Positions 1 through 10,113 of a stretch of 64,000 bases of DNA are shown here, in pieces. The stretch lies in the NCBI GenBank assembly GCA_031972475.1, contig DALYEP010000001.1, positions 543,180-607,179 on the forward strand, in the 5' to 3' direction. How positions within the stretch are numbered: position 1 is the stretch's first letter; every line of letters begins with the position of its first letter. Origin of the DNA: Candidatus Babeliales bacterium (lineage in GTDB: Bacteria > Babelota > Babeliae > Babelales > CAIQNR01). The notes under the pieces are model-generated. The model searched no databases, was not told the origin of the DNA, and worked only from the letters and a program-made list of their open reading frames with translations. A program made the position numbers and the translations under genes.

Positions 1-1
1 T

Positions 2-1369
2 TTGCATGAACTTTATGGATCTGCTTTTGAAAAAAAATATGAAGAATATGAAGCTTTAGCAACATCAGGAAAAATTATACTTAGCAAAAAAATTAAAGCT
101 GTAGACCTATGGCGTAAAATGTTAACTCGACTATTTGAAACTGGACATCCTTGGATAGTATTTAAAGATCCATGCAACGTTCGTTCTCCGCAAGACCATG
201 TTGGAGTAGTTCATAGCTCTAATTTATGTACAGAAATTACTTTAAACACATCTATAGAAGAAACTGCAGTTTGCAATCTTGGATCAATTAATTTTGGTCT
301 TCACGTCAAAGACGGTCTTTTTGACAAAGAATTATTAGGAAAAACTATAAAACTTGCAATACGAATGCTTGATAACGTAATTGATATTAATTTCTATCCA
401 ACCAAAGAAGGTGAAGTTTCAAATAAACGCCATCGCCCTATTGGCCTTGGTATTATGGGATTTCAAGATGCTTTATTTAAAATGAATATTAATTTTGACT
501 CAAAAGAAGCGCTCGAATTTGCTGATTCTTCTGCAGAATTATTTTCTTATTATGCAATTTTATCCTCATCTCAACTTGCAAAAGAACGAGGAGCATATCA
601 TAGTTATAAGGGCTCAAAATGGGATCGTAATATTTTCCCATTAGACACTATTAATCTTCTTGAAAAAGAACGCGGATTAAAAATAGAAGTTGAACGCAAA
701 GAAAGACTTGATTGGAGCCCTGTTCGTGAACATGTAAAAAAATATGGAATGCGCAATTCAAATACTATGGCTGTAGCTCCAACAGCAACTATTTCAAATA
801 TTTCAGGATGTTATCCATGTATTGAACCTATATATAAAAATCTCTATGTAAAAGCAAATATGGGTGGCGAATTTACAGTGATTAATCAATATTTGGTAGA
901 CGATCTAAAGGCAATTGGTATGTGGGACTATAACATGCTTGATTTAATTAAATATTATGATGGATCAATTCAAGCAATTAAAGAAATCCCTGAAAATATT
1001 CGTGCTAAATATAAAGAAGCTTTTGAGCTTGACCCATTAGTACTTATAGATATTGCTGCTGCTCGTGGAAAATGGATTGATCAAGCTCAATCATATAATG
1101 TTTTTGTAAAAGGAGTGTCTGGAAAACTGCTTGATACAATCTACATGAAAATTTGGAGATCAGGCATGAAATCTTCTTATTATTTACGTTCACTTGGTGC
1201 AACACAAATAGAAAAATCTACATTAGATGCAAAAAAATATGGTTTTACTCAAAAACGCGATTATAAATCAACTGAAAAAGAAAATATCGAAATTTCAGAA
1301 GATTCAAATACGATTGCAAATGTAAAAACATGTAGTCTCATAGAACCAGAATGTGAAACATGCCAATAA
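2..1369 (+). CDS. nrdA: Ribonucleoside-diphosphate reductase alpha subunit (class I), C-terminal part; the 5' end lies upstream of the window
   Basis: The C-terminal SSYYLRS tyrosine pair and the terminal CxxC pair (CSLIEPECETC) are typical of class Ia R1. nrdB follows directly with an AAGGAA RBS. Confidence 0.85.
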   Translation: MHELYGSAFEKKYEEYEALATSGKIILSKKIKAVDLWRKMLTRLFETGHPWIVFKDPCNVRSPQDHVGVVHSSNLCTEITLNTSIEETAVCNLGSINFGLHVKDGLFDKELLGKTIKLAIRMLDNVIDINFYPTKEGEVSNKRHRPIGLGIMGFQDALFKMNINFDSKEALEFADSSAELFSYYAILSSSQLAKERGAYHSYKGSKWDRNIFPLDTINLLEKERGLKIEVERKERLDWSPVREHVKKYGMRNSNTMAVAPTATISNISGCYPCIEPIYKNLYVKANMGGEFTVINQYLVDDLKAIGMWDYNMLDLIKYYDGSIQAIKEIPENIRAKYKEAFELDPLVLIDIAAARGKWIDQAQSYNVFVKGVSGKLLDTIYMKIWRSGMKSSYYLRSLGATQIEKSTLDAKKYGFTQKRDYKSTEKENIEISEDSNTIANVKTCSLIEPECETCQ

Positions 1370-1399
1370 TGTATTAATAAATAAACAAAAGGAATTATC

Positions 1400-2413
1400 A
1401 TGAAAGACCAATTAAATAGAAGTGGAATAGTTTCAAACTCAAAAACAGACCCTAATAAAATACTACCAATGCGTTATATGTGGGCACGTAATCACTATAA
1501 AGATGGAGTTGCAAACAATTGGACACCAGAAGAAGTTTCTATGCAAAAAGATGTTGAACAATGGAAAGATTCTTTTTCATTAACACAAGATGAACGTCAC
1601 TTAATTTTGTGGAATATGGGTTTTTTTGCAACAGCAGAATCCCTCACTGCAAATAATTTGGTTCTTGCCGTATATCGCCATGTAACCAACCCTGAATGCC
1701 GCCAATATCTTTTACGTCAAGCATATGAAGAAGCTGTTCACACAGATACATTTATATATTGTTGCGATTCATTAGGATTAAACCCCGATGAAATTTATAA
1801 CATGTACACTACTATCCCATCAATTGCAGCTAAAGATCAATATGTTATAAACCTAACAAAATCTATTTTCGATCCAAATTTTGAGATAAAAGATTTAAAA
1901 ACATTACAATTATTTTTACATGATTTAATTGGTTATTATGTAATTATGGAAGGAATTTTCTTTTACGCCGGATTTGCAATGATGCTTGCATTAAAACGTC
2001 AAAATAAAATGATTGGAATAGGCGAGCAATTTGAATATATAATGCGTGACGAAAGTATTCATCTTGCATTTGGTTGTGATTTAATCAACACAATAAAACA
2101 AGAAAATCCAGAAGTATGGACTCCTGAATTTCAAAAAGAAGTTATTGAATTAATTAAAAAAGCAGTTGAGCTTGAAGCGCAATATGCTATTGATGCTTGT
2201 CCAAAAGGACTACTTGGTATCAGCACTCAACAATTTATAAACTACGTTGAATATATAGCAGATAGAAGACTTGAAAGAATCGATCTTCCTAAAGTTTATT
2301 TTCAAGAAAACCCCTTCCCATGGATGTCTCAAGCAACAGATTTAAGTAAAGAAAAGAACTTTTTTGAATCAAGAGTTACAGAATATAGAACAGCTGGATC
2401 TCTTGAATGGTAA
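1400..2413 (+). CDS. nrdB: Ribonucleoside-diphosphate reductase beta subunit (R2)
   Basis: 337 aa with diiron-ligand motifs (EEAVHTD, MEGIFFYAGF, RDESIHLAFG), placed immediately after nrdA. Confidence 0.85.
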   Translation: MKDQLNRSGIVSNSKTDPNKILPMRYMWARNHYKDGVANNWTPEEVSMQKDVEQWKDSFSLTQDERHLILWNMGFFATAESLTANNLVLAVYRHVTNPECRQYLLRQAYEEAVHTDTFIYCCDSLGLNPDEIYNMYTTIPSIAAKDQYVINLTKSIFDPNFEIKDLKTLQLFLHDLIGYYVIMEGIFFYAGFAMMLALKRQNKMIGIGEQFEYIMRDESIHLAFGCDLINTIKQENPEVWTPEFQKEVIELIKKAVELEAQYAIDACPKGLLGISTQQFINYVEYIADRRLERIDLPKVYFQENPFPWMSQATDLSKEKNFFESRVTEYRTAGSLEW

Positions 2414-2434
2414 TCTACAGTTAATAAAATAAAG

Positions 2435-2458
2435 AAATAGGGCAAATTTGCCCTATTT
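2435..2458. terminator. Perfect 24-bp palindrome AAATAGGGCAAA/TTTGCCCTATTT followed by a T-run; bidirectional rho-independent terminator between convergent nrdB and ORF 2473-3087
   Basis: The inverted repeat was read directly. It is flanked by A/T runs on both sides and sits between convergent gene ends. Confidence 0.7.
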
Positions 2459-2472
2459 CTTTTAAATCTTCT

Positions 2473-3087
2473 TTATTTAGGATATTTTTCTATAAAAAAA
2501 ACTACATCACGACAAAAATATTCACACTTTTTAAATTCTTTTTCCGTAAATTCATCTTTAAAAGATGCAATAAATTTAAATAAATCTTCTATTTTTTGAT
2601 AATTACTTTTTCTAATTTCTTGAAAAATATTTTTCAATTTTTCACAAGAAATATATAAACTTTCTCCATAAGACATCTTCTCATGTAAACGAAATTCCTC
2701 TACATCATGGGCCATTTGACGATAAAAATTTAATCTTTCTTCTAAAGAACTCTCAGTAGAAGGTTTTTTAAAAATATCAGGAAATCCATTATTTAAAGGT
2801 TTTTTACGATATTCTGTTTGTTCTGAAAATAAAGAAAATCCAGAATCAATACCAGAACTTCTTTTAGCTTCAATCTCTTGAAATGGAGTAATCGATCCAA
2901 CAGACAATTGAAATTCTATCGATTGGGAAGGCGAAGTTATTGGCCTTATTAAATATGAACATGATCTCTTATTATATTCTTGTGAACTATTCCGCAAAAC
3001 TTCTGGATAAGATCTTGACCTCCCTAATCCTCCTGCAAAACTTTGACTTAAAATACATAAGGACAATATCTTTAATACTAATATCAT
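2473..3087 (-). CDS. Hypothetical secreted protein
   Basis: 204-aa ORF with an N-terminal hydrophobic signal-like segment (MILVLKILSLCILSQSFA). No family recognised. Confidence 0.4.
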   Translation of the reverse strand: MILVLKILSLCILSQSFAGGLGRSRSYPEVLRNSSQEYNKRSCSYLIRPITSPSQSIEFQLSVGSITPFQEIEAKRSSGIDSGFSLFSEQTEYRKKPLNNGFPDIFKKPSTESSLEERLNFYRQMAHDVEEFRLHEKMSYGESLYISCEKLKNIFQEIRKSNYQKIEDLFKFIASFKDEFTEKEFKKCEYFCRDVVFFIEKYPK

Positions 3088-3093
3088 ATAATT

Positions 3094-3816
3094 TTAATTA
3101 CCTTTTGTAATTTTTTTAACAACTATTTCTTGAGACAATGCATTAATTGCTTTCTCTGTAGATCTACTTTCATCAAAATAGATTAATTCATCAATTACTA
3201 TAGATCCAAAATTTTTTACTATTTCTGGAATTAATGTGTAAACAATCCATGAATTTGGATTGTTTTTTTCACCTAATGCACCTTGATCTATGAGATGCAA
3301 TCTACCATTATTATTAATAATAGAAAGTTTTTTCTTATTGCAGATAACTTCTATATACAATGTTTTTTCAGATTTTGACATACTAATAGCAATAATTGAA
3401 ATCAAAAAAATTGAAACCCCAATATAATACAAAGGTTTTTGTAATTTTTGATATTGCAATGCAAAAAATGCACACATAGCAATAATTAATAAAAAAGGTA
3501 AAAGTTTAATAGAAAATCCAATTAACCAAAATTTTGATCCAAAAGAAAGAAAATATAGCCATAATCGAGTAATATGAGTAAGCAAAAAAATTAAATAATC
3601 ATTGGGAATAGAAAATAACTCTGTAAAAAATATAAGAGAAGAACACAATAAAAAAGCTACAATAAAAGGACTAAAGATAAAATTTCCAAAAGCTGTCATC
3701 AAAGAAAATGGAAGTCCCCATGCAACAATAACCGGCAAAGAAACTAATGATAAAAAAAATTGAACTTGCAAGAATTGTAAAAAGTTTTTTTTGATATTAT
3801 CAAAAAAATATTTCAT
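3094..3816 (-). CDS. Polytopic membrane protein, possibly a truncated or degenerate ComEC/Rec2-like remnant
   Basis: About 5 predicted TM helices, then LYIEVICNKK..GRLHLIDQGALGEK. This resembles the start of the ComEC metallo-beta-lactamase domain (..flDVGqGda..LiDtG), but the HxHxDH region is degenerate (ELIYFDES) and the protein is only 240 aa. Confidence 0.35.
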   Translation of the reverse strand: MKYFFDNIKKNFLQFLQVQFFLSLVSLPVIVAWGLPFSLMTAFGNFIFSPFIVAFLLCSSLIFFTELFSIPNDYLIFLLTHITRLWLYFLSFGSKFWLIGFSIKLLPFLLIIAMCAFFALQYQKLQKPLYYIGVSIFLISIIAISMSKSEKTLYIEVICNKKKLSIINNNGRLHLIDQGALGEKNNPNSWIVYTLIPEIVKNFGSIVIDELIYFDESRSTEKAINALSQEIVVKKITKGN

Positions 3817-3834
3817 TAAATTACCAAATTATTT

Positions 3835-4806
3835 TTAAAGTAATGGATATTTTTTAAAACCTAAAAATATACATTCCGGTTGAGGTATAATACCAAATTG
3901 GTTATATACTTTTTCTTGAAGTTTTCTAGCAAGTAAAACAATGTCACTTGAGGTTGCATTGTCTTTATTAACTAACATATTTGCATGCTGAGAAGAGACC
4001 CAAGCTCCTCCAACATGCTCTGTTCCTTTTACTCCAATTTTATCAAGATAAAATGCGACAAATTTCATTTTTTTCCCTTCCCATAATAATGAAACTTCAT
4101 CATCATGAAAATTTCTAAAAAAACTACCGCAAGTTTTTTCTTTTGGATAACGAGCAGTGCGATGCCTAATAATTTCAAATCTACGACCACGAGCATAAGC
4201 AACTTCTAGATCAGTAGCAAAATGTAATTTAAAAGTCGCATTAATCAAATAATATTCTTTATTCATTAAAGTTGATTGGTCATATCCAAAATTAAACCAA
4301 TCAGCATCAACATTAATAATTTCTCCAGTTTTTGTATTAATAACATCTGCTGAAACAAGAAAATGACTTAAAAAATATTCAAAATAGTGAAGATTAATGT
4401 AAACAGAACCCCCGACTGTACCAGGAATATTACTAAAAACCTCAAGCCCTGTAAGATTATTAGAAAGAGTGTACTCAATGAGCTCATCAATCGTAACACC
4501 TGCACTTGCAGTTACAAAAGATGAATTATCATCATGAATAAAAAGCTCTGTTTTTTTTAAATGAATTACAAGACCTTCAAATCCCTCATCGCTAATAACA
4601 ATATTTGCACCAGATCCAAGTATAAAAAGAGGTATATTGTTTTTATGAACAAATTCTAAAGCTGCTTTAAAATCTTGATTACTAGACGGTTCGCAATAAT
4701 AACGTGCTGGACCACCTGTTTGGAACCAGTTTTTATCAAAAAGCGGAACGTTTTCTTTAATTTTCATAAGATTTTTTTTCAAGCAAATCCAGTCGCTGAT
4801 CAACAC
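3835..4806 (-). CDS. murB: UDP-N-acetylenolpyruvoylglucosamine reductase
   Basis: FAD-binding-domain motifs (LGSGANIV) and C-terminal MurB motifs (KTCGSFFRNF, HVGGAWVSSQHANMLVN). The true start may be the internal Met at 4767, because the longest ORF overlaps trhO by 50 nt. Confidence 0.8.
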   Translation of the reverse strand: MLISDWICLKKNLMKIKENVPLFDKNWFQTGGPARYYCEPSSNQDFKAALEFVHKNNIPLFILGSGANIVISDEGFEGLVIHLKKTELFIHDDNSSFVTASAGVTIDELIEYTLSNNLTGLEVFSNIPGTVGGSVYINLHYFEYFLSHFLVSADVINTKTGEIINVDADWFNFGYDQSTLMNKEYYLINATFKLHFATDLEVAYARGRRFEIIRHRTARYPKEKTCGSFFRNFHDDEVSLLWEGKKMKFVAFYLDKIGVKGTEHVGGAWVSSQHANMLVNKDNATSSDIVLLARKLQEKVYNQFGIIPQPECIFLGFKKYPLL

Positions 4807-5704
4807 TTATAACCGGTTTTTTACGAAGAGGCACTTCATTAGATTCAACAAGTTTTTGACAAGTTAAACTGCAACACTCAGAAAAATCTTTAATGCATGA
4901 TGGACAACCTATGAACTGTTTATTGCAACGACCGTTCATGCAGTTAACATAAAAATCACATGGTATGCTACAAAGATCACAATTAGTCAAAATATCATCA
5001 GTAACTTTTACACCAACTCGCCCATCAAAAACATAGTATGTACCCTTAAAATGCCCATTAGGAAATTGTTCTATATAACGATGAATACCACCCTTAATTT
5101 GATAAACCTCTTTAGCAACACCTCGTTCTTTAATATATGCAGAAGCTCGCTCACAGCGAATACCACCGGAACAAAACATTAAAACTTGTTTGTTTTTTAA
5201 ATTATCAATTTGTTCTTCAACATATTCTGGAAACTCTCTAAAATAGCGCTTGTCAGGAATCATAGATCCAGGAATTGTCCCAACTCTTGCTTCATAATTA
5301 TTACGAGTATCAATAATAACTAAATCCTCAGGCTTCTTATTTAAAAGATCATGAGCTTCTTCTGGTGTTAAATGAATACCTGTATTTTCTGTAGTCAAAT
5401 TTTTTGGATCAATACCGATATTCACAATAGTATTTTTCACAACTATACGCATGCGCGGAAAAAAGTTTTCATCACCAGGAGCTTCTTTTATATCCATATC
5501 AGAAAACAACTCATGATTATTCATTTTTTCTACAAACACAGATGTTGAATCATCAGATCCCCCAACTGTACCATTGATACCTTCCTGAGCTAAAATAATT
5601 CGCCCTGTAAGCTTAAGTTCTTCGCATAAATCCTTAAACCAAGCCTGTACTGCTTCTGGATGTTCAATAGGTATGTATTTGTAAAAAAGTAGAATTTTTC
5701 CCAT
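4757..5704 (-). CDS. trhO: Rhodanese-domain tRNA uridine(34) hydroxylase (UPF0176/YceA family) with a Cys-rich C-terminal extension
   Basis: Rhodanese active-site loop CSGGIRCERAS plus the YKY..FYKY N-terminal region. Start placed at the ATG (MGKILLFYKY), preceded by AGGGAAA. The ORF-track start is 7 codons upstream. Confidence 0.75.
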   Translation of the reverse strand: MGKILLFYKYIPIEHPEAVQAWFKDLCEELKLTGRIILAQEGINGTVGGSDDSTSVFVEKMNNHELFSDMDIKEAPGDENFFPRMRIVVKNTIVNIGIDPKNLTTENTGIHLTPEEAHDLLNKKPEDLVIIDTRNNYEARVGTIPGSMIPDKRYFREFPEYVEEQIDNLKNKQVLMFCSGGIRCERASAYIKERGVAKEVYQIKGGIHRYIEQFPNGHFKGTYYVFDGRVGVKVTDDILTNCDLCSIPCDFYVNCMNGRCNKQFIGCPSCIKDFSECCSLTCQKLVESNEVPLRKKPVISVDQRLDLLEKKSYEN

Positions 5705-5829
5705 ATTTTTCCCTTGTAAACGCATTTTAATAATTTTTTTTAGTATACCAAAAAAGAAAAAAAGCGTTAAATGCTAATTTAAAGCTTAAAAATAAATTTA
5801 TATTGTTATTTTTTATAAAAAATTAAATT

Positions 5830-6291
5830 TCAATTAAAAACAATTCCTAATTTTTTGGCTATTTTCTTCTCTATTTTTGTCATAATTTCATCATTATCTG
5901 GATCATAATGAGAATAACCAAGTAAATGGCAAATTCCATGAACTAAAATTGTTCTTAATCTTTCATCAAGAGTTGTATCAAAAAGAGGCAATAAATCGTG
6001 AATAAAATCTATTGCTAAGATAATATCTCCAATATTTTTATCTTCTTCAGACACAACTTTTATACGCTCTCCAATTTTTAAATTAGTATGATACGGAAAT
6101 GAAAGAATATCGGTTGGTTTATCTTTTTTACGATAATCACGATTATAAGTACGAATAGTTTTACTTGTTGTAAGCCAAATACCAAGATCAAAATCCGAAT
6201 ACCCAAGCTCATCTAAAATTGACTGCGCTGTTGAATATAACAAATCAATATTAACTTTATGTTTTCTTTGTGTGTTTTTAATAATTATCAT
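5830..6291 (-). CDS. ybeY: Endoribonuclease YbeY (16S rRNA maturation factor)
   Basis: 153 aa with the HGICHLLGYSH metal-binding motif. Confidence 0.85.
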   Translation of the reverse strand: MIIIKNTQRKHKVNIDLLYSTAQSILDELGYSDFDLGIWLTTSKTIRTYNRDYRKKDKPTDILSFPYHTNLKIGERIKVVSEEDKNIGDIILAIDFIHDLLPLFDTTLDERLRTILVHGICHLLGYSHYDPDNDEIMTKIEKKIAKKLGIVFN

Positions 6292-6301
6292 AAAAATTCT
6301 T

Positions 6302-8791
6302 TTACTGCGTAATATGATCTATATCAAGTGTTGCAAACCATACTTCATGCTCCATGGAAAGTGTAGATTTTTCTACATCACCTGTTGCATAACTAATAGT
6401 ATCAGCATGAATCACACCTTTAAGAAGCTGCTCATGTTGCATAAGATCTCTAAGTCTTTCACCATGAACACTATGAATAGTTAGACTAGCAAGAGGCGCT
6501 TTAAGCGAAAGTTCTTTTTCTGTTTTCATCCGTCTAACAGCTGCAACAATTGTTATCAGCAAATCTCCCAAGCCTACACTTTTTGGGCATAACAAGGGTA
6601 TTTGAATCTGATTATAATTAGTTACATGAAGTGAAGTTATAGATTCTCGATTTTGATACAATATTAAATATAATTCTTCTGTAATATGAGGCAAATAAGG
6701 AGCAAACATTTGAAGAATACGAAGCCCTACTTGATAAAGAGTCCAACGAGTTGCAGCAATTACTTCTGGTGCATATTTCTCTGAATTAAAAAATTGATCT
6801 TTAATTAATTCAAGATAATTATCACAAAAATTTTGCCAAAAAAACTGCTCTATTGCGTTAAGAGCATTACCAAATTCATACTTTTCTAAATTATTATTAT
6901 AAATTGTAAATGCTTCAGTTGCTTTATGCAAAATCCAATTATTAAGCGTTCCCAAATTTTCAGGCTTTTCTAACGAAGCTTGTCCTATATGTTCTTCTAA
7001 GAATCTAAAGGCATTCCATAATTTATTCAGTAATTTATTACCTTGTAAAATTTGATTTTCAGAAAAACTAATATCCTGCCCTAACGTTCCCGATGCGGTC
7101 CAAAATCTAATCGAATCAGCGGGATAAATTTTTAATAAATTAAGTGGATCTGTGGGCGTATTTCCTTGGGATTTTGAAATTTTATCTTTTGCAGAACTAA
7201 GAACATGTCCAGAAATAACAATATCTTTCCATGGAATGGAACTATGATGCATATATGCCTTAATAATAGTATAAAAAGCCCAAGTTCTAATAATATCATG
7301 AGCTTGAGGCCTTATAGACATAGGCAATAAAGAAGGTTTTTCAGAATTAAATATATTATCGATAGAATCAGAAAAAAGTGAATAACAAATATAAGGAGTA
7401 AGTGAAGAAGTATTCCACGTATCCATAACATCTGTATCTGCTATAAACTCAGTCCCTTTACATTTTGGACAAAAACTAACAGGGCATTCATTTTCCTGGG
7501 GGTCAACAGGAAGCGCATCTACTCTTGCAACAACTTTATAATCACACTCTTTACAATGCCACACAGGAAAAGGAATCCCATAAAAACGTTGTCTGCTTAA
7601 ACACCAATCCCATTGTAAATTTTCAACCCAATCTTTATATCGTGATTTCATAAATGACGGATGCCACGAAATAGTATCTGCTGCCTCTAAGAAAGCTTTT
7701 TTATGATCAAGAATATTTAAAAACCATTGCTTTATAACAATATATTCTATTTCATGCTTACAGCGCTCATGAACATTAACAACATGAGTAATCGCTCTTT
7801 TTTCTCCTAAAAGACCTTGAGCATGCAATGCCTCCAAAATGGTACTTCTGGCAATATGAGCTTTCATGCCTGCAAGAATGCCAGTATCTTGAGACCAAAG
7901 ACCATTCCGCTCAATTGATCGACGATAAGGCAATTTGTGAATTTTATACCAATGTATGTCATTTTTATCACCAAAGGTGCAACACATCACCAAACCAGTT
8001 CCTTTTTCTTGTTGAACCGTATCATCTGCAAGTATTGATACTTCATGACCAAAAATAGGAACAATGGCCTTTTTCCCTGCAAGATGTTTATATCTAGAAT
8101 CTTCTGGATGATAAAACAAAGCTACGCATGATGGTAATAACTCTGGACGGGTTGTTCCAATAACAAGAGACTCTCCATCAGTAGTTTTAAAAAAAATATC
8201 AGAAAAATGCGATGCTACTTGCGCATCATCAAGCTCAGCTTGAGCAACAGTGGTTTGACATGTTGTGCAATACAAAGCAGGTTCTTCTTTTTGATAAATA
8301 AAACCTTTAGAATAAAGATCTATAAATGATAACTGTGAAATTTTTCTGACTTTTTCAGAAATAGTTGAATAGGTATTTGACCAATCTGCAGAAATACCCA
8401 TACGCTGCCATATATCTGCAAATTGAACTCCAATCTCTTGAGACTCTTCACTACAAATTTTAATAAACTCAGACCTTCCCATATGGTGCGCACTAATCTT
8501 GTGCTTCTTTTCTACATATTTTTCTGTTGGAAGACCATTATCATCAAATCCAAATGGGTAGAAAACATTACAACCAGAAAGCCTTTTAAAGCGAGCAATA
8601 ATATCAGTTTGTGTATAAGAAAAAATATGACCAATATGAAGGGCTCCAGAAACAGTGGGTGGCGGAGTATCTATAGTAAAAAGCTCTTTTTCAGAATCTT
8701 TTTTTATTGCATAGGTTTCTTCATCAGCCCATTTTTTTTGCAAGACACTGTCATTTACAAGGTGATCATATTTTTTTTCCATAATTTTCAC
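6302..8791 (-). CDS. valS: Valyl-tRNA synthetase (short form, 829 aa)
   Basis: Class I aaRS with PPPTVSGALHIGH (HIGH) and KISKS (KMSKS) motifs and a CPKC zinc knuckle. The PPP-HIGH context is ValRS-like. It is shorter than typical bacterial ValRS and lacks the C-terminal coiled coil. Confidence 0.7.
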   Translation of the reverse strand: MKIMEKKYDHLVNDSVLQKKWADEETYAIKKDSEKELFTIDTPPPTVSGALHIGHIFSYTQTDIIARFKRLSGCNVFYPFGFDDNGLPTEKYVEKKHKISAHHMGRSEFIKICSEESQEIGVQFADIWQRMGISADWSNTYSTISEKVRKISQLSFIDLYSKGFIYQKEEPALYCTTCQTTVAQAELDDAQVASHFSDIFFKTTDGESLVIGTTRPELLPSCVALFYHPEDSRYKHLAGKKAIVPIFGHEVSILADDTVQQEKGTGLVMCCTFGDKNDIHWYKIHKLPYRRSIERNGLWSQDTGILAGMKAHIARSTILEALHAQGLLGEKRAITHVVNVHERCKHEIEYIVIKQWFLNILDHKKAFLEAADTISWHPSFMKSRYKDWVENLQWDWCLSRQRFYGIPFPVWHCKECDYKVVARVDALPVDPQENECPVSFCPKCKGTEFIADTDVMDTWNTSSLTPYICYSLFSDSIDNIFNSEKPSLLPMSIRPQAHDIIRTWAFYTIIKAYMHHSSIPWKDIVISGHVLSSAKDKISKSQGNTPTDPLNLLKIYPADSIRFWTASGTLGQDISFSENQILQGNKLLNKLWNAFRFLEEHIGQASLEKPENLGTLNNWILHKATEAFTIYNNNLEKYEFGNALNAIEQFFWQNFCDNYLELIKDQFFNSEKYAPEVIAATRWTLYQVGLRILQMFAPYLPHITEELYLILYQNRESITSLHVTNYNQIQIPLLCPKSVGLGDLLITIVAAVRRMKTEKELSLKAPLASLTIHSVHGERLRDLMQHEQLLKGVIHADTISYATGDVEKSTLSMEHEVWFATLDIDHITQ

Positions 8792-9048
8792 ATCTATAGA
8801 TTTAAAGTATTAAAATAATTTTTATTAAAGTTTACTGTCAAATACTAGAGGGGTCAAAAGATAGAAAATATTTGATTTAATCGTTTTAAAAATTTTTTAA
8901 AAAAAATAAAATTAAATTAACAAAGAGTGGCTCATTTTTAATAAAGAATAATAATATTATAAATTTAAAAACTTGAATTTTATCAATAATAAAGCTAATT
9001 TTTGTATTAAAAACTTCTACTCAATCCACTAATAAGGTATTTAAGCTT

Positions 9049-10113
9049 ATGATATATCATATTGCTTTATGGGCAAAAAACTTTGCTCCTTTTTTTAATG
9101 TTATACATTATATAAGCTTTCGCGTTATGGCTTCACTTTTAACATCTCTAAGCTTATCACTCCTACTAGGACCATGGTTTATTAAAATTTCTGAAAAATT
9201 TTTTAGATCAAAAGCAAGAGAATATACTCCAGAATCCCATAAAATTAAAAATGATATGCCTACAATGGGGGGAATTTTTATTGTTATGACCGTTCTTATT
9301 GCAAGTGTATTATGGACGAACCTAAAAAATCCACTTATTTGGATTACTCTTTTATGCATGACAATGTTTGCAAGCATAGGCCTTATAGATGATTTAAAAA
9401 AAATACATTATAAAAGAGGAATTAATTCAAAAACTAAATTTTTACTTCAAGTTTTAGCTGCATTTTTAACATTATTTTTATGGTGGCTCAGCGGAACCGT
9501 CACAACAGAAATCTGCCTTCCTCTTATAAAACAATACGCACCAAACCTTGGATATCTTTTTTTTATATGGGCAGCATTTATTATTGTTGGGTCAAGTAAT
9601 GCAGTAAATTTAACTGATGGTCTTGATGGCCTTGCAATTGGATCATTAATTATTAATTTCGGAACATATTCTATAATTACTTATCTTGCAGGACATCAAA
9701 AATTGGCAGAGTATCTCAATATTCCATTTGCAGCAACATCAGAATTAACCATAATTAGCTCAGCTTTAGTTGGAGCTTCCTTAGGCTTTTTATGGTATAA
9801 CACATACCCTGCTCAAATTTTTATGGGAGATGTTGGATCTCTTGGGCTTGGAGCTGTTTTAGGATTAATGGCTCTTATGAGTAAGCAAGAGCTCTTATTA
9901 CCATTAATAGGAGGTCTGTTTGTAATAGAAACTTTATCAGTTATCTGCCAAGTTCTATCTCTTCGTTATTTGGGTAGAAGAATGTTTAGAATGGCACCAA
10001 TTCACCATCATTTTGAACTTATAGGATGGCAAGAATCAAAAATAACAATTAGATTTTCTATAATCTCTGTTGTTTTAAGTTTAATTGCCCTTATGACTAT
10101 TAAGCTTCGTTAA
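9049..10113 (+). CDS. mraY: Phospho-N-acetylmuramoyl-pentapeptide transferase
   Basis: NAVNLTDGLDGLAIG signature, 10 TM helices and a HHHFE motif. Confidence 0.9.
   Translation: MIYHIALWAKNFAPFFNVIHYISFRVMASLLTSLSLSLLLGPWFIKISEKFFRSKAREYTPESHKIKNDMPTMGGIFIVMTVLIASVLWTNLKNPLIWITLLCMTMFASIGLIDDLKKIHYKRGINSKTKFLLQVLAAFLTLFLWWLSGTVTTEICLPLIKQYAPNLGYLFFIWAAFIIVGSSNAVNLTDGLDGLAIGSLIINFGTYSIITYLAGHQKLAEYLNIPFAATSELTIISSALVGASLGFLWYNTYPAQIFMGDVGSLGLGAVLGLMALMSKQELLLPLIGGLFVIETLSVICQVLSLRYLGRRMFRMAPIHHHFELIGWQESKITIRFSIISVVLSLIALMTIKLR

Noticed and set aside
6272-8818. Three short plus-strand ORFs (6272-6484, 7828-8058, 8423-8818) inside or antisense to valS
   Set aside because: They are fully embedded antisense to a well-supported 829-aa gene, have AT-rich low-complexity translations and no RBS. 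They are spurious.
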